NCBI GenBank assembly: GCA_902537725.1
Contig: CACBCD010000001.1
Span: forward strand, 79,158 to 143,157
Direction of reading: 5' to 3'
Length of the DNA stretch: 64,000 bases
From: an uncultured PS1 clade bacterium
GTDB lineage: Bacteria; Pseudomonadota; Alphaproteobacteria; MED-G09
Part shown: in pieces, positions 1-9,852 of the stretch
Layout: each line of letters starts with the position of its first letter
Position numbering within the stretch: the stretch's first letter is position 1
Position numbers and translations under genes: made by a program
Notes under the pieces: model-generated
Databases searched by the model: none
Told to the model about the DNA's origin: nothing
Seen by the model: only the letters and a program-made list of their open reading frames with translations

Positions 1-1
1 T

Positions 2-244
2 AGAATTTTTAATCCTATTAGTCAGGGTATTAAGTTTGATCCCGAGGGGGAATATACCAAGAAATTTTTACCTGAACTAAAGGATTTACCAATTAAATAT
101 CTTTACAGCCCATGGGAGGCGCCAGAAGATGTTTTAGAGCAAGCTAATGTAAAGCTTGGTGAAAATTACCCTAACCCAATTGTTGATTTAAAAGAGTCTC
201 GGGAGAAAGCATTAAATGCTTTCGATCAAATTAGAATTAAATAA
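2..244 (+). CDS. Deoxyribodipyrimidine photolyase/cryptochrome family, C-terminal fragment (5' end outside window)
   Basis: Own translation of frame 2 gives RIFNPISQGIKFDPEGEYTKKFLPELKDLPIKYLYSPWEAPEDVLEQANVKLGENYPNPIVDLKESREKALNAFDQIRIK*. This is the typical C-terminal FAD-binding-domain signature of photolyases. Stop TAA at 242-244. Not in the ORF track because it is truncated. Confidence 0.75.
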   Translation, partial: RIFNPISQGIKFDPEGEYTKKFLPELKDLPIKYLYSPWEAPEDVLEQANVKLGENYPNPIVDLKESREKALNAFDQIRIK

Positions 245-2012
245 TATACATATCAGCAATGGTACCATTCTGCGACCCTGATGAATTTAAAATATCACTA
301 ATACCGAATACCATAGAAAATTCAGTATAAGTTAGATCTATTCCAGCAGTACCATCAACCTTATTTCCTCCGAGATTATAAGAAAACTTATTAGCACCAC
401 TTATGGTTATTTCTCGTCCATCTTCAAGTGTTAGACGTGCAGCATTTTTTGTAAAAAGTGATTTATCGATATAAGTATTGCTTGGAATTTGAATAATATT
501 TGTACCTTCTGTATCGGTAATGGAGACTTTTCCATTTTTAGGTAAAAGCTGAGAAACGAAATAAGTATCGTCACCTTTTAATCCACGATATGTTTTTGCT
601 TGCCCATCAAGAATAATAATATTATCACCGGAATTAAAATTTAAGGTTCCTGATAATGTTGTTTCACTGTGAGCTTGCAGAATATTTTTTGTTAAGTCAG
701 GTGTCTCTGATAAAGAGTATTTACTGACTAAAACATCTCCGTCTTTAAAAGATATTTTCTCTACATCTTTTAAAGTATCAGTAAAATCTCCATTGCCAAC
801 AGTTACGACTCCCTCTGTGTATGAATATGAGTCTTTGGTACTACCTGAATAGGATATAGTATCAAAATTATCTGTTCCTTGAATTGTTCTGCCATTGGGT
901 ATTAAAAATACTCTTGTCTCATCGAGTTTAGGGTATGACAATAGTGTAATTTCATCGGTAAAATCTGGTTGATAGGTGGCATCATTAAATTCTATTGCAG
1001 AATAACCTACTAAAGCAAAGTCCCCGCTAGCACCGACATCCCCACCTAAGTCATTAGTTAAGCTTATTATTTTAAGGAAATTTGACTGATCTTGCTTTTG
1101 TAAAATATCATCATAATAATTTTCTATTCTATAATCATCTCTGTTTCCATTAATTTTAAAAATTTCATTATTTGTTTTGGCAACAGAGACGAGTTGACCC
1201 ATAACACTATCGCCTTGACGATTTAAAGGATCCAATTGAAAGATAGGAGGTGTTTCACCATTTTTTCCCCAAATTAATTCTAAAGCTTCCCAATCAAATT
1301 CAGCAAAATGAACAAGTAGACTTCCGTCCTCAAGTTGATGATTAATTCCCATATTACTTATGGTTGTTTCGCCTGCGCCCGAAATTTGAGTAACCGCATA
1401 ATCTCCATCAGTTAGTGTCGATGGGTGTTCTAGACCCAAGAGATGTCCAAATTCATGGGCAAAGGTTCTTTCCCAGTTACCTCTTGATGAATCATCCATT
1501 TCAACTGGAGTAGCAGGTCCTGGCACACTGTAATCTTGCATTGAACCAGCATAGGCATTCATTCTGAATTGAACATCAAGTTCATAAAAATTCTTTGTTA
1601 ATTGACTAAAAGCTTCTCTATTATCAGAACCTATTGGCCCACTAATACTTCCTCCTTTGCCATAGGAATCTTCAATAATCATATGAAAGTCTGCCTCATC
1701 AATGGATTGAACTTCTGAAATTTTTACACCTAAGCGGTCATTTAATGCATTAACAACTCTTGTTATAGCCTCAACTTGCCAATCAAAAGGAGAAATGGCT
1801 GTTACCCCTTTAAATACCTCTCCTTCTTTTGCTAGGTAATATTTTAATTCTCCAGGCTCTCTTGTTGTAGTCCTATTCCAAAGAGCAAGATCGCCAAATA
1901 AAATATGAGGATATTCAAGCACAACCTGACCAAGTTCATTTGTTGCTTCTGGGGCTGGTAAAAGCTGGTTATGATAAAAATCTCTTCCAGTCGTTTTACA
2001 AATTAAACACAT
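237..2012 (-). CDS. Secreted zinc metalloprotease (metzincin/serralysin-like) with C-terminal shared surface module
   Basis: 591 aa. HExxHxxGxxH zinc motif FAHEFGHLLGLEHPS. No N-terminal signal peptide. The C-terminal ~159 aa are near-identical to the C-terminus of the neighbouring gene. Confidence 0.8.
   Translation of the reverse strand: MCLICKTTGRDFYHNQLLPAPEATNELGQVVLEYPHILFGDLALWNRTTTREPGELKYYLAKEGEVFKGVTAISPFDWQVEAITRVVNALNDRLGVKISEVQSIDEADFHMIIEDSYGKGGSISGPIGSDNREAFSQLTKNFYELDVQFRMNAYAGSMQDYSVPGPATPVEMDDSSRGNWERTFAHEFGHLLGLEHPSTLTDGDYAVTQISGAGETTISNMGINHQLEDGSLLVHFAEFDWEALELIWGKNGETPPIFQLDPLNRQGDSVMGQLVSVAKTNNEIFKINGNRDDYRIENYYDDILQKQDQSNFLKIISLTNDLGGDVGASGDFALVGYSAIEFNDATYQPDFTDEITLLSYPKLDETRVFLIPNGRTIQGTDNFDTISYSGSTKDSYSYTEGVVTVGNGDFTDTLKDVEKISFKDGDVLVSKYSLSETPDLTKNILQAHSETTLSGTLNFNSGDNIIILDGQAKTYRGLKGDDTYFVSQLLPKNGKVSITDTEGTNIIQIPSNTYIDKSLFTKNAARLTLEDGREITISGANKFSYNLGGNKVDGTAGIDLTYTEFSMVFGISDILNSSGSQNGTIADMYII
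240..716 (-). repeat. Copy 1 of duplicated ~480-nt segment encoding the shared C-terminal module
   Basis: Nucleotide and protein similarity to 2040-2516, same orientation (GDNIIILDGQ.KTYRGL.G.DTYFVSQLLPK.GKVSITDTEG...ARLTLEDGREITISGA.KFSYN.GGN...DMYII). Confidence 0.85.
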
Positions 2013-2036
2013 AATAATCTCACTTTTAATATTTCA

Positions 2037-4919
2037 TTATATTATATACATATCCGAAATTTCACCATTTTGTGCACCAGATGAGTTAAGAATATCATAG
2101 ACACCAAATACCTCTGCAAATTCGGTAAAGGTTAAATCTGTTCCTTTAGCGCCTTTGGTTATATTACCACCAACATTATATGAAAACTTGTCTGCTCCGC
2201 TAATAGTAATCTCACGTCCATCCTCAAGTGTTAAACGTGCTGCGTTTTTGGTAAATAAAGATTTATCGACATAAGTATTGGATGGAAGCTGAATAGTATT
2301 CGATCCTTCCGTGTCGGTAATGGAAACTTTTCCACTTTTTGGTAAAAGTTGTGAAACAAAATAAGTATCATTACCCTCCAAGCCTCGATAAGTTTTTCCT
2401 TGGCCATCAAGAATGATAATATTATCACCTTTATTAAAATTTAGAGTTCCAGGGAGAACATCTTCGGTATGTGCTGAAAGTATGTTTTCCGAAGTATCAA
2501 CCGTTTCTGAGAGTTGATATTTTAATGAAGTTTTCGATAGTATTTTATCCGAAAACTGCATCTTTTCGATGTCAGTAAGAGTGTCGGATCCTTCTTCGGT
2601 AAAACCTTCAGAAGGAGAGGAGTGAACTACACTAATCGTGCCATTATCATTAGAAGTTAACGTATAGGTTGATGATGCATCTTTATAAATAGCTATATCA
2701 ACACCAGCCCCACCATCAATAATATCGTTACCAGCTCCACCTTCAAAAGTATCCTTACCAGCATAACCAAAAGCTGTTTCATCGCCCTCACGTAAAACAA
2801 TAATATCATCGCCTGAATATCCATGGACTTTTGTGAATGGTGCAAAGGTTTTTAGTCCTGCCTCCTCTCCTTCAGCTAGATAATGCTCAAGACCTGTTGC
2901 ATAAGTTCCGGCATCAACTGCCTCTTTGGCAAAGGAATTCTCATTTAAATAATATTGCTCATTAAAACCTGGGGCACCCTTTTCAGCAGTATCTTTTGAA
3001 TAATTAGGGCCAGTACCGATTTTTTTAGTTAGTTCATAAATATGGAATGATATTTCAGATTCCGTACCGACACCATTTTCTGATTTTGACCATTTGGAAT
3101 TAAATGTTACAAACTCAATCAAGCCATCTTGATCAAAGTCAAAATATGCATAGGGTTTTCCATTGGTTTCATTTCTAGCAATATCAATAACTTCAAAACT
3201 ACCAGTTCCATCATTTAAATAAATTGTTGGGGTATCATTTAATGCTCTTGTACCAGCAATATCCATATGATTGTCATTATTTAAATCAATTAATTGCCAG
3301 GGTTCAGACCACTGAAGTCTCGACAAATATGCATCAATGTAAGCGTCTTCTGCTATTTTTTCAGTATTATCCTTAAAATTTCCTGATCCATCATTAATCA
3401 AGATCTGTATATAATGACCTCCATAGTAAGGTTCGTATCTAGACCATTGAATAGCTAAATCAATATCACCATCATTATCAAAATCTGATGGCATTGTTTT
3501 CATATGAAGTTGATTATCGGAACCATATATTGAATTGGGTAGATCTATAAAAGATTCTTTACTAAAATTACCATTATTATTTAAATATATTTTACTTGAA
3601 CCTTCGCCATGTCCAAATCCAGCAATCAAGTCATCAAAGCCGTCATTATCAATATCAATTAGTCCTGAGTCTAAGAGTAAATTGAACTTATTTGCATCAG
3701 AAGTTGGTACAGTACGAAGATAAGTATAAAACTCATTTTTCACTATTTCAAAATTTCCATCACTTTGTTGTATCAAAGCATATGGAGAAGACGACATTTC
3801 TCCAACGAAGATATCATCTAAACCATCTCCATTTATGTCGCCTACAGCCATCGAGTGAGCATCAACAGCATAAGGCTGATCGTTTGTTCCAATTGGAAGT
3901 TTTGGAATAATATCTGTTTGTTTTATTTCCGAGCTTATAGTTGTTATAATTGCAAGTTCTGAATATGGAACTTTTCTATCTGGATCACTTCTTTTTGACT
4001 CTTCTTCAGTATCATGATTGGCCGAAACAATCGATAGTGTTTCCGAGTTAACCAATTTAATTGTATCAGCTCTCCTACTCGAAGTAATATTTGGCATACT
4101 TGCATTTATTTCTTCATTATAAACTAATTTCCCTGACTCTGTTGTTAAGGCTATAAATGGCGTACTACCATCAATGCCTGAAGCATAACCTTTTGATAAA
4201 GGTAAAATAACATCTTTAATTCCATCTTCATTGAGGTCAAGAAGAGATCCTCCTTGGGCAAACCAGCTTACTAATTTTGCTTCAGTGGTTACACCTGCAT
4301 AAGTATATTCAGGCGCAATTGTACTATCGTAGAATTTATATGCCGTATATAATAAATCAGCCTTTATTGGGCTCGAAAAGTATTTTGATTCAATAATTTT
4401 AGAGTCATCCATAAATTCTATGGTTGCTACATTTTTAATAATATCTAATGTATCTTTTCCTTTTACATGAAATGAGTCGTCAATGTATGTTATTTCATAG
4501 TCGGTTGAGGGACCTCTTCCAGGAGCATATGATACTCTGTCTGAACCACCACCTCCATCAATTGTATTATTTCCACCATTTGCAAAAAATTTTTCATAAT
4601 TAGCTGTCCCGTAAAATGTATCACCAAACCTACTTCCATGAATTGTGGTTACATCAGAAATAGTATCTCTTGTTCCAAAACCATCCTCAGACCAGCCTTC
4701 TTCTAAATTTATTGTAACTGCTTGCTCAGCATCCCATAAAGCGTAATCAAAATTTGAACCTGAAATTGTATCTTCGCCTGGACTGCTTACGACCGTTTGA
4801 CCTGACCTTACTTTTGTAATGACATCATTACCCTTTCCTGGATAAATTCTGTCAATATCGGTATTTAACTGTGACGCATCAATTATATCGTCCTCATCTG
4901 TACCGTTGTAATTCACCAT
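2037..4919 (-). CDS. Large secreted FG-GAP/VCBS-repeat (beta-propeller) protein with RTX-like Ca-binding repeats and C-terminal shared module
   Basis: 960 aa. Repeated Ca-binding FG-GAP-type loops: DINGDGLDDIFVGE, DIDNDGFDDLIAGFG, DFDNDGDIDLAIQW, DLNNDNHMDIAGT, DFDQDGLIEFVTF. GGxGxD nonapeptide-like GGAGNDIIDGGAGVDIAIY. No signal peptide. Confidence 0.75.
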   Translation of the reverse strand: MVNYNGTDEDDIIDASQLNTDIDRIYPGKGNDVITKVRSGQTVVSSPGEDTISGSNFDYALWDAEQAVTINLEEGWSEDGFGTRDTISDVTTIHGSRFGDTFYGTANYEKFFANGGNNTIDGGGGSDRVSYAPGRGPSTDYEITYIDDSFHVKGKDTLDIIKNVATIEFMDDSKIIESKYFSSPIKADLLYTAYKFYDSTIAPEYTYAGVTTEAKLVSWFAQGGSLLDLNEDGIKDVILPLSKGYASGIDGSTPFIALTTESGKLVYNEEINASMPNITSSRRADTIKLVNSETLSIVSANHDTEEESKRSDPDRKVPYSELAIITTISSEIKQTDIIPKLPIGTNDQPYAVDAHSMAVGDINGDGLDDIFVGEMSSSPYALIQQSDGNFEIVKNEFYTYLRTVPTSDANKFNLLLDSGLIDIDNDGFDDLIAGFGHGEGSSKIYLNNNGNFSKESFIDLPNSIYGSDNQLHMKTMPSDFDNDGDIDLAIQWSRYEPYYGGHYIQILINDGSGNFKDNTEKIAEDAYIDAYLSRLQWSEPWQLIDLNNDNHMDIAGTRALNDTPTIYLNDGTGSFEVIDIARNETNGKPYAYFDFDQDGLIEFVTFNSKWSKSENGVGTESEISFHIYELTKKIGTGPNYSKDTAEKGAPGFNEQYYLNENSFAKEAVDAGTYATGLEHYLAEGEEAGLKTFAPFTKVHGYSGDDIIVLREGDETAFGYAGKDTFEGGAGNDIIDGGAGVDIAIYKDASSTYTLTSNDNGTISVVHSSPSEGFTEEGSDTLTDIEKMQFSDKILSKTSLKYQLSETVDTSENILSAHTEDVLPGTLNFNKGDNIIILDGQGKTYRGLEGNDTYFVSQLLPKSGKVSITDTEGSNTIQLPSNTYVDKSLFTKNAARLTLEDGREITISGADKFSYNVGGNITKGAKGTDLTFTEFAEVFGVYDILNSSGAQNGEISDMYII
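2040..2516 (-). repeat. Copy 2 of duplicated ~480-nt segment encoding the shared C-terminal module
   Basis: See 240-716. By manual count about 34 mismatches in ~159 aligned residues. Confidence 0.85.
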
Positions 4920-4923
4920 CTAG

Positions 4924-5811
4924 TTAAACAGGTTTGTCACCAATAACTGTTACGCGTTCAACTCGTCTAACCGCAGGCCAATAATCACCAGTTGCATAAT
5001 GTTGACAAGCCCTGTTATCCCAAAAGGCTATAGAATTTTCTTCCCATTTAAAGCGGCATTGATATTCAGGAATATTGGCTTGATTGTATAGAAAATTAAG
5101 CATTAGCCTTGAGTCTTCATCTGAAAAACCTTCAATATGAGTAGTAAATGCTACATTAACATAAATAGATTTTTTTCCTGTATCAGGATGAGTTCTTATT
5201 ACAGGATGCGTCGGTTTTGGAAATTTCTTATTAAACTCTTCTATTTCTTCTGGAGACTTTCCTTGCTTAATAAGTCTGTTTCTAAAGAGAGCAAAATCAT
5301 GGACGGCATAAGCACCTTTTAATTTTTCTTTAATTTCATCAGGTAGATTCTCGTAAGCAACTTCCATATTTGCAAATAAGGTATCACCTCCAACAGGAGG
5401 GCTTTCGACCATTCTTAAGATAGATCCTAAAGATGGCTCCATACGCCAGGTGACATCAGAATGCCATGCATTTTCTTTTGGTTTGTTATCTTCATCATGT
5501 GTTATTCGAAGTACTTCAGGATAATCATCTTGGTTAGTACCAAGTGGAGCAAACGGATGAATTTCTAATTCCCCAAAATATTTACCAAATCTTAAATGTT
5601 CTGCGGTTGTAAGATCTTGGTTACGAAAAAATATAACTTTATAAGTTAAAAGTGCATCATATATATGGTCCTTTTCTTCTTGGGATAAGTCCTTTTTAAG
5701 GTCAATATTTAGAAGTTCCGCACCAATGGTTGTCGATAGTCGTTTAATAGAAAAAGGATGTTTTTGTGATTCAAATTCTTCGGGTGTAAAATTCTTCAGG
5801 TGTTTTAACAT
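4924..5811 (-). CDS. tauD: TauD/TfdA-family Fe(II)/2-oxoglutarate dioxygenase (taurine/sulfonate dioxygenase-like)
   Basis: 295 aa. WHSDVTW...GGDTLFANM...HPVIRTHPDTGKKSIYVN...WDNRACQHYA pattern typical of TauD. Confidence 0.75.
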   Translation of the reverse strand: MLKHLKNFTPEEFESQKHPFSIKRLSTTIGAELLNIDLKKDLSQEEKDHIYDALLTYKVIFFRNQDLTTAEHLRFGKYFGELEIHPFAPLGTNQDDYPEVLRITHDEDNKPKENAWHSDVTWRMEPSLGSILRMVESPPVGGDTLFANMEVAYENLPDEIKEKLKGAYAVHDFALFRNRLIKQGKSPEEIEEFNKKFPKPTHPVIRTHPDTGKKSIYVNVAFTTHIEGFSDEDSRLMLNFLYNQANIPEYQCRFKWEENSIAFWDNRACQHYATGDYWPAVRRVERVTVIGDKPV

Positions 5812-5829
5812 CGTACATCCTTATTATTT

Positions 5830-6498
5830 TTAATTTGGAAAGAAAATTTTTTCATCCCCTTTCTCCCATTTATCATATTTTATCATTATGCTTTTAAATA
5901 ATTTAGATTCAAGAAATTTCATGAGCCAATTTTGGATATTTGGTTTTGCTAAGGAGTCAAACCAGTTCATATCAGTTATTCGAAATTGACGAATAAATGG
6001 AAGAATTGAAATATCTAGTGCTGAAATTTTATCATCATAAAGGAATTGAGAGTAACCTAACTTCTCTTCCAGTTCGTTAATAAAAATTAAACACTTTTCT
6101 CTATGGGCAAGAGGGTTTTCATTATCATATCTTTTTGAATATTTATACCTATCAAGATGATGTTTAAATTCATTATCATTTGTATGAATTAACTTTGAAG
6201 ACTTTTCTGATTTATTTGATCTAAGCCAGTTATCAGGGTCATTTAGCTTAAGGGCCCAGTCTATGACATCAAGGCTTTCATCGATAACTTGTCCTGAACT
6301 CAACGAAAGAACTGGTACTGTGCCTTTTGGAGATAATTCAATCATTGATTGCGGTTTATCTCTTAATATAACTTCACGAAATTCAACTTGTTGACCACTT
6401 ATAGCTATAGCCATTCTAGCACGCATTGCGTATGGACATCTTCTAAAAGAATAGAGAATATGATTATTTTGTTTGTTTTCCACCAAGATGTTTTTCAC
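5830..6498 (-). CDS. Glutathione S-transferase / glutaredoxin-2-like family protein
   Basis: 222 aa. N-terminal thioredoxin-like motif FRRCPYAMRARMAI...KGTVPVL. GTG start. Overlaps the 3' end of the upstream trhO by 35 nt. Confidence 0.6.
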   Translation of the reverse strand: MKNILVENKQNNHILYSFRRCPYAMRARMAIAISGQQVEFREVILRDKPQSMIELSPKGTVPVLSLSSGQVIDESLDVIDWALKLNDPDNWLRSNKSEKSSKLIHTNDNEFKHHLDRYKYSKRYDNENPLAHREKCLIFINELEEKLGYSQFLYDDKISALDISILPFIRQFRITDMNWFDSLAKPNIQNWLMKFLESKLFKSIMIKYDKWEKGDEKIFFPN

Positions 6499-7399
6499 CT
6501 CTTTCTTTAGCTAAAAGTATTTGCTTCTGGCGTGAGCCGAAACGCTCTTTTTTTTCTTTTGTTGTTTTATCATAACAATAAATACAACTTATGCCTTCTA
6601 TATATTTTTCATTCTGCATTTCTTCTTCGGTAATTGGCATCCTACAAGCAAAACACATCTTATAAGATCCAACCTCTAATTCATCTGTAAGACAAACCCT
6701 TTGGTCAAAAACAAAACATTCGCCATTCCAAAGGCTATTTTCTCTGTCAATTGTTTCTAAATATTTAAGAATACCTCCTTGAAGGTGATAAACATCCTCA
6801 AAACCTTCTTCTTTCATTAAAGAAGAAGCTTTTTCGCATCGAATTCCTCCAGTACAAAACATGGCAATTTTCTTATTGGCATTTTCTTTAGAGCTTTTAA
6901 ATTTCTTTACCCAATCAGGAAATTCTCTAAAAGACGATGTCTCAGGATCTAGAGCATTTTGAAAAGATCCAATCTTTGTTTCATACTTATTACGAGCATC
7001 GATAACAACTACATTTGGGTCTGATATTAAATCATTCCAATCGTCTGGCTTTACATATGTTCCGACTTTTTTATTAGGATTAATTTCAGGAAGACCAATA
7101 GTTACAATTTCTTTTTTCAGCCTGACTTTCATTCTGTGAAAAGGTTGTTTATCAGTTGAGGAATATTTAATTTCTATATTAGTAAATCTTTTATCACTTT
7201 TAAAAAGTGAAATGGTTTGATTTATTTCATTAGTTTTTCCAGATATTGTGCCATTTATTCCCTCATTAGCAATAAGGATGGTTCCCATTATATTATTTTT
7301 TTTACAAATTTCATAAAGATTGCTTTGCAAAGAAAGAAGATCATCTATTTCCACAAATTTATATAACGCTGCTACTAATATTTCGTTTTTATCTGTCAT
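6464..7399 (-). CDS. trhO: Rhodanese-domain tRNA uridine(34) hydroxylase (TrhO/YceA, UPF0176)
   Basis: 311 aa. Rhodanese active-site loop MFCTGGIRCEKAS. C-terminal Cys-rich region CFACRMP...CIYC. Confidence 0.8.
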   Translation of the reverse strand: MTDKNEILVAALYKFVEIDDLLSLQSNLYEICKKNNIMGTILIANEGINGTISGKTNEINQTISLFKSDKRFTNIEIKYSSTDKQPFHRMKVRLKKEIVTIGLPEINPNKKVGTYVKPDDWNDLISDPNVVVIDARNKYETKIGSFQNALDPETSSFREFPDWVKKFKSSKENANKKIAMFCTGGIRCEKASSLMKEEGFEDVYHLQGGILKYLETIDRENSLWNGECFVFDQRVCLTDELEVGSYKMCFACRMPITEEEMQNEKYIEGISCIYCYDKTTKEKKERFGSRQKQILLAKERGEKHLGGKQTK

Positions 7400-7540
7400 T
7401 TAAGTCTTTTAAAACATTTTTTGTTATTTTCTTAGGAAAAATCAATTTATTAATTTTATCTATTAGATTCAAATATTTAATTTTTTTATTGTCTTAAAGT
7501 AGTTTTTTAGTATATGAAAGAAAGTAATGGAGTAAACAAT

Positions 7541-7837
7541 ATGCCTACAGGTACAGTTAAATGGTTTAATGGTCGTAAAGGTTATGGCTTTATTGAACCG
7601 GATGATGGTGAAAACGATGTTTTTGTTCACATTACTGCCGTTAAGGACTCAGGTTTAAATGTTCTGAACGAAGGAGATAAAGTGAGCTTTGAACTCGTTG
7701 AAAACAGAGGAAGAATGGCGGCTGAAAAACTAGCTAAAGCAGATAGTGATGAAGCGCCTGCAGAAGAGGCAGAAGCCGAAGCAGAAGAAGCAGAAGCTGA
7801 GGCTGAAGAAGCAGAATCGTCAGAAGAATCTGAGTAA
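7541..7837 (+). CDS. Cold-shock domain protein with repetitive acidic C-terminal tail
   Basis: [30 protein letters not shown] cold-shock domain with RNP1/RNP2-like motifs. GGAG Shine-Dalgarno at 7529-7532 favours ATG 7541 over the track start 7514. Tail [25 protein letters not shown]. Confidence 0.85.
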   Translation: MPTGTVKWFNGRKGYGFIEPDDGENDVFVHITAVKDSGLNVLNEGDKVSFELVENRGRMAAEKLAKADSDEAPAEEAEAEAEEAEAEAEEAESSEESE

Positions 7838-7996
7838 TTTCTCAAAATTATAATTTCTTTTTAAGTAAGTCCTAAATTACTAAAGAATGTTTTTCATTGC
7901 TTTTTAATTGTTAGATTTAAGTAAACGGATAACAGTTATAAGCACGATAGGACTTTGTTTTTTTCAAATTATTAATATTAAAAAGGAGTAATAATT

Positions 7997-8221
7997 ATGC
8001 CAACAGGAACAGTTAAATGGTTTAACGCTAACAAAGGTTTTGGTTTTATCGAACCTGATGAAGGCGACGCTGACGTATTTGTTCACGTTACTGCAGTTCA
8101 AGAGTCTGGTTTAGGAAGTCTTGATGAAGGTGATAGAGTAAATTTCGAATTAGTCGAAAATAGAGGCAAAATGGCTGCTGGAAATTTAAGTCAGGGTGAG
8201 CCAAAAGCCGAATCTGAATAA
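7997..8221 (+). CDS. cspA: Cold-shock protein CspA family
   Basis: 74 aa. [36 protein letters not shown] Shine-Dalgarno at 7983-7988. Confidence 0.9.
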   Translation: MPTGTVKWFNANKGFGFIEPDEGDADVFVHVTAVQESGLGSLDEGDRVNFELVENRGKMAAGNLSQGEPKAESE

Positions 8222-8241
8222 TTATATTTAGAAATTATTAA

Positions 8242-8289
8242 GCCTGTGACATATAATGCATTGAGTATTGTGGTTACGGGCTTTTTTTT
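8242..8289 (+). terminator. Candidate rho-independent terminator after csp
   Basis: gcctgtgac (8242-8250) pairs with gttacgggc (8273-8281) with two G-U pairs, followed by T8 (8282-8289). The loop is long (~22 nt), so this is only moderate. Confidence 0.45.
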
Positions 8290-8364
8290 GATTTAAATTA
8301 TATCTCTGTTTTATTATAAAGAGTTATAATGATACTAGGGTGATTTATTATTGAAAAATTTATA

Positions 8365-8441
8365 GGTCCCTTAGCTCAGCTGGATAGAGCACTGGTCTTC
8401 GAAACCAGGTGTCAGAGGTTCGAATCCTCTAGGGACCGCCA
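8365..8441 (+). tRNA. tRNA-Arg (anticodon UCG), CCA encoded
   Basis: Manual cloverleaf: acceptor ggtccct/agggacc, D stem gctc/gagc, anticodon stem ctggt/accag with loop cttcgaa, T stem agagg/cctct with ttcgaat loop, discriminator g, cca. 77 nt. Confidence 0.92.
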
Positions 8442-8457
8442 AATTTGAGGTTATGAA

Positions 8458-9843
8458 ATGAAACAATTACCGCTTCCAGATATTAATCACTCCTTATTAG
8501 AGATGGTTGGTAATACACCTTTGCTAGAAATTAAAAATATTGATGTTGGTTTATGTAGATTATTTGTAAAAATGGAATCTCAAAATCCAGGTGGATCTAT
8601 TAAAGATCGTGTTGCAATGTCAATAATTGAACAGGCTGAGCGTGACGGTTTATTGAAAGATGGTGGCACTATAGTAGAGGCCACAGCAGGAAATACAGGG
8701 CTAGGTTTAGCGTTAATTGGTGTTCTTAAGGGTTATAGGGTAATTTTGGTTATTCCAGACAAGATGAGCCAAGAAAAAATTCTTCATCTTAAAGCATTGG
8801 GGACTGAAATAATTTTTACTCGATCAGATGTGTCGATTGAACATCCTGAGTATTACCATAATATTGCTGAGAGAATTGTTAAAGAAACACCAGGTGCTTT
8901 TTATGCTAATCAATTTGGTAATCCGGCAAATGTCTTAGCTCATGAAAAAACAACTGGGCCAGAGATTTGGGAACAAATGAATCACGATCTTGATGCTTTC
9001 GTAGCTGGGGTTGGCTCTGGTGGCACTCTTACAGGTGTTGGTAAATTTTTAAAAAGTGTGTCTCCGAAAACTAAGATTGTTGCTGCTGATCCTGAAGGGT
9101 CTATCATTTATGACGCAGTAAAGAAGGGGTCTTTTGAATATAAAGGTGGATCTTGGCTTGTTGAGGGTATTGGAGAAGATTTTATTCCAGATATTCTAGA
9201 TCTATCGTATGTTGACGATGCTGTAACTATTAATGATAGTGTAGCCTTTGAAACACTGGATATTTTGTTGAAAAAAGAAGGTATTTTAGCCGGATCTTCA
9301 GCAGGAACATTGGTGGCTGGAGCCATAGAATGGTGCAAAACTCAAACAGAGCCAAAAAGAGTTGTTACATTGATATGCGATACAGGTAATAAATATCTTT
9401 CAAAGGCCTTTGATGACGCTTGGTTGAGTAATAATGGTCTTGATAATCGTAATTTAAAAAATGACTTAAGCGACCTTATTGTAATGCGCGCCGACCAAGG
9501 ACAAGTAGTGAGTGTCAAGAAAGATGATACAGTTGCTATTGCCTATAATAGAATGCGAAATTCAAATATTTCTCAACTTCCAGTTATAGATGATGGGAAT
9601 GTTATTGGTGTAATTGAGGAAAGTGATATTTTAAAAAATTGCCTAAATAATGAGGAAGGTTTTTCAGATCTAATATCAAGTGTGATGTCTAAAACAATCA
9701 ATCCATTAGACTCAAAAGCCTCAATTGATGATTTATCTAAAATTTTAGAAAACGAAAATTTTGCTATGATTATGGAAAATAATACTTTTATTGGATTGTT
9801 AACTAAAGTTGATTTATTAGCATACTTAAAGAAAAATATATAA
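8458..9843 (+). CDS. Cystathionine beta-synthase (PLP fold type II plus C-terminal CBS-domain pair)
   Basis: 461 aa. PLP-lysine motif QNPGGSIKDRVA, GSGGTLTG loop. C-terminal ~120 aa has the look of a CBS pair. Confidence 0.8.
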   Translation: MKQLPLPDINHSLLEMVGNTPLLEIKNIDVGLCRLFVKMESQNPGGSIKDRVAMSIIEQAERDGLLKDGGTIVEATAGNTGLGLALIGVLKGYRVILVIPDKMSQEKILHLKALGTEIIFTRSDVSIEHPEYYHNIAERIVKETPGAFYANQFGNPANVLAHEKTTGPEIWEQMNHDLDAFVAGVGSGGTLTGVGKFLKSVSPKTKIVAADPEGSIIYDAVKKGSFEYKGGSWLVEGIGEDFIPDILDLSYVDDAVTINDSVAFETLDILLKKEGILAGSSAGTLVAGAIEWCKTQTEPKRVVTLICDTGNKYLSKAFDDAWLSNNGLDNRNLKNDLSDLIVMRADQGQVVSVKKDDTVAIAYNRMRNSNISQLPVIDDGNVIGVIEESDILKNCLNNEEGFSDLISSVMSKTINPLDSKASIDDLSKILENENFAMIMENNTFIGLLTKVDLLAYLKKNI

Positions 9844-9852
9844 GAGGTATTT

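Noticed and set aside
237-716. Interpreting the shared module simply as a C-terminal type I secretion signal.
   Set aside because: The same module is N-terminal in the giant protein (62239 onward), which is incompatible with a purely C-terminal export signal. A T1SS signal may still reside in the last residues (DMYII end) of the two smaller proteins.
7514-7540. Nine-codon N-terminal extension of the first csp gene (track start 7514).
   Set aside because: GGAG SD is positioned for ATG 7541, and the paralog starts exactly at the homologous MPTGTVKWF.
8222-8457. tRNA-Arg as an integration hotspot or genomic island border.
   Set aside because: No integrase, no direct repeat of the tRNA 3' end, and no compositional break that I can see. 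Flanking genes are ordinary metabolism.
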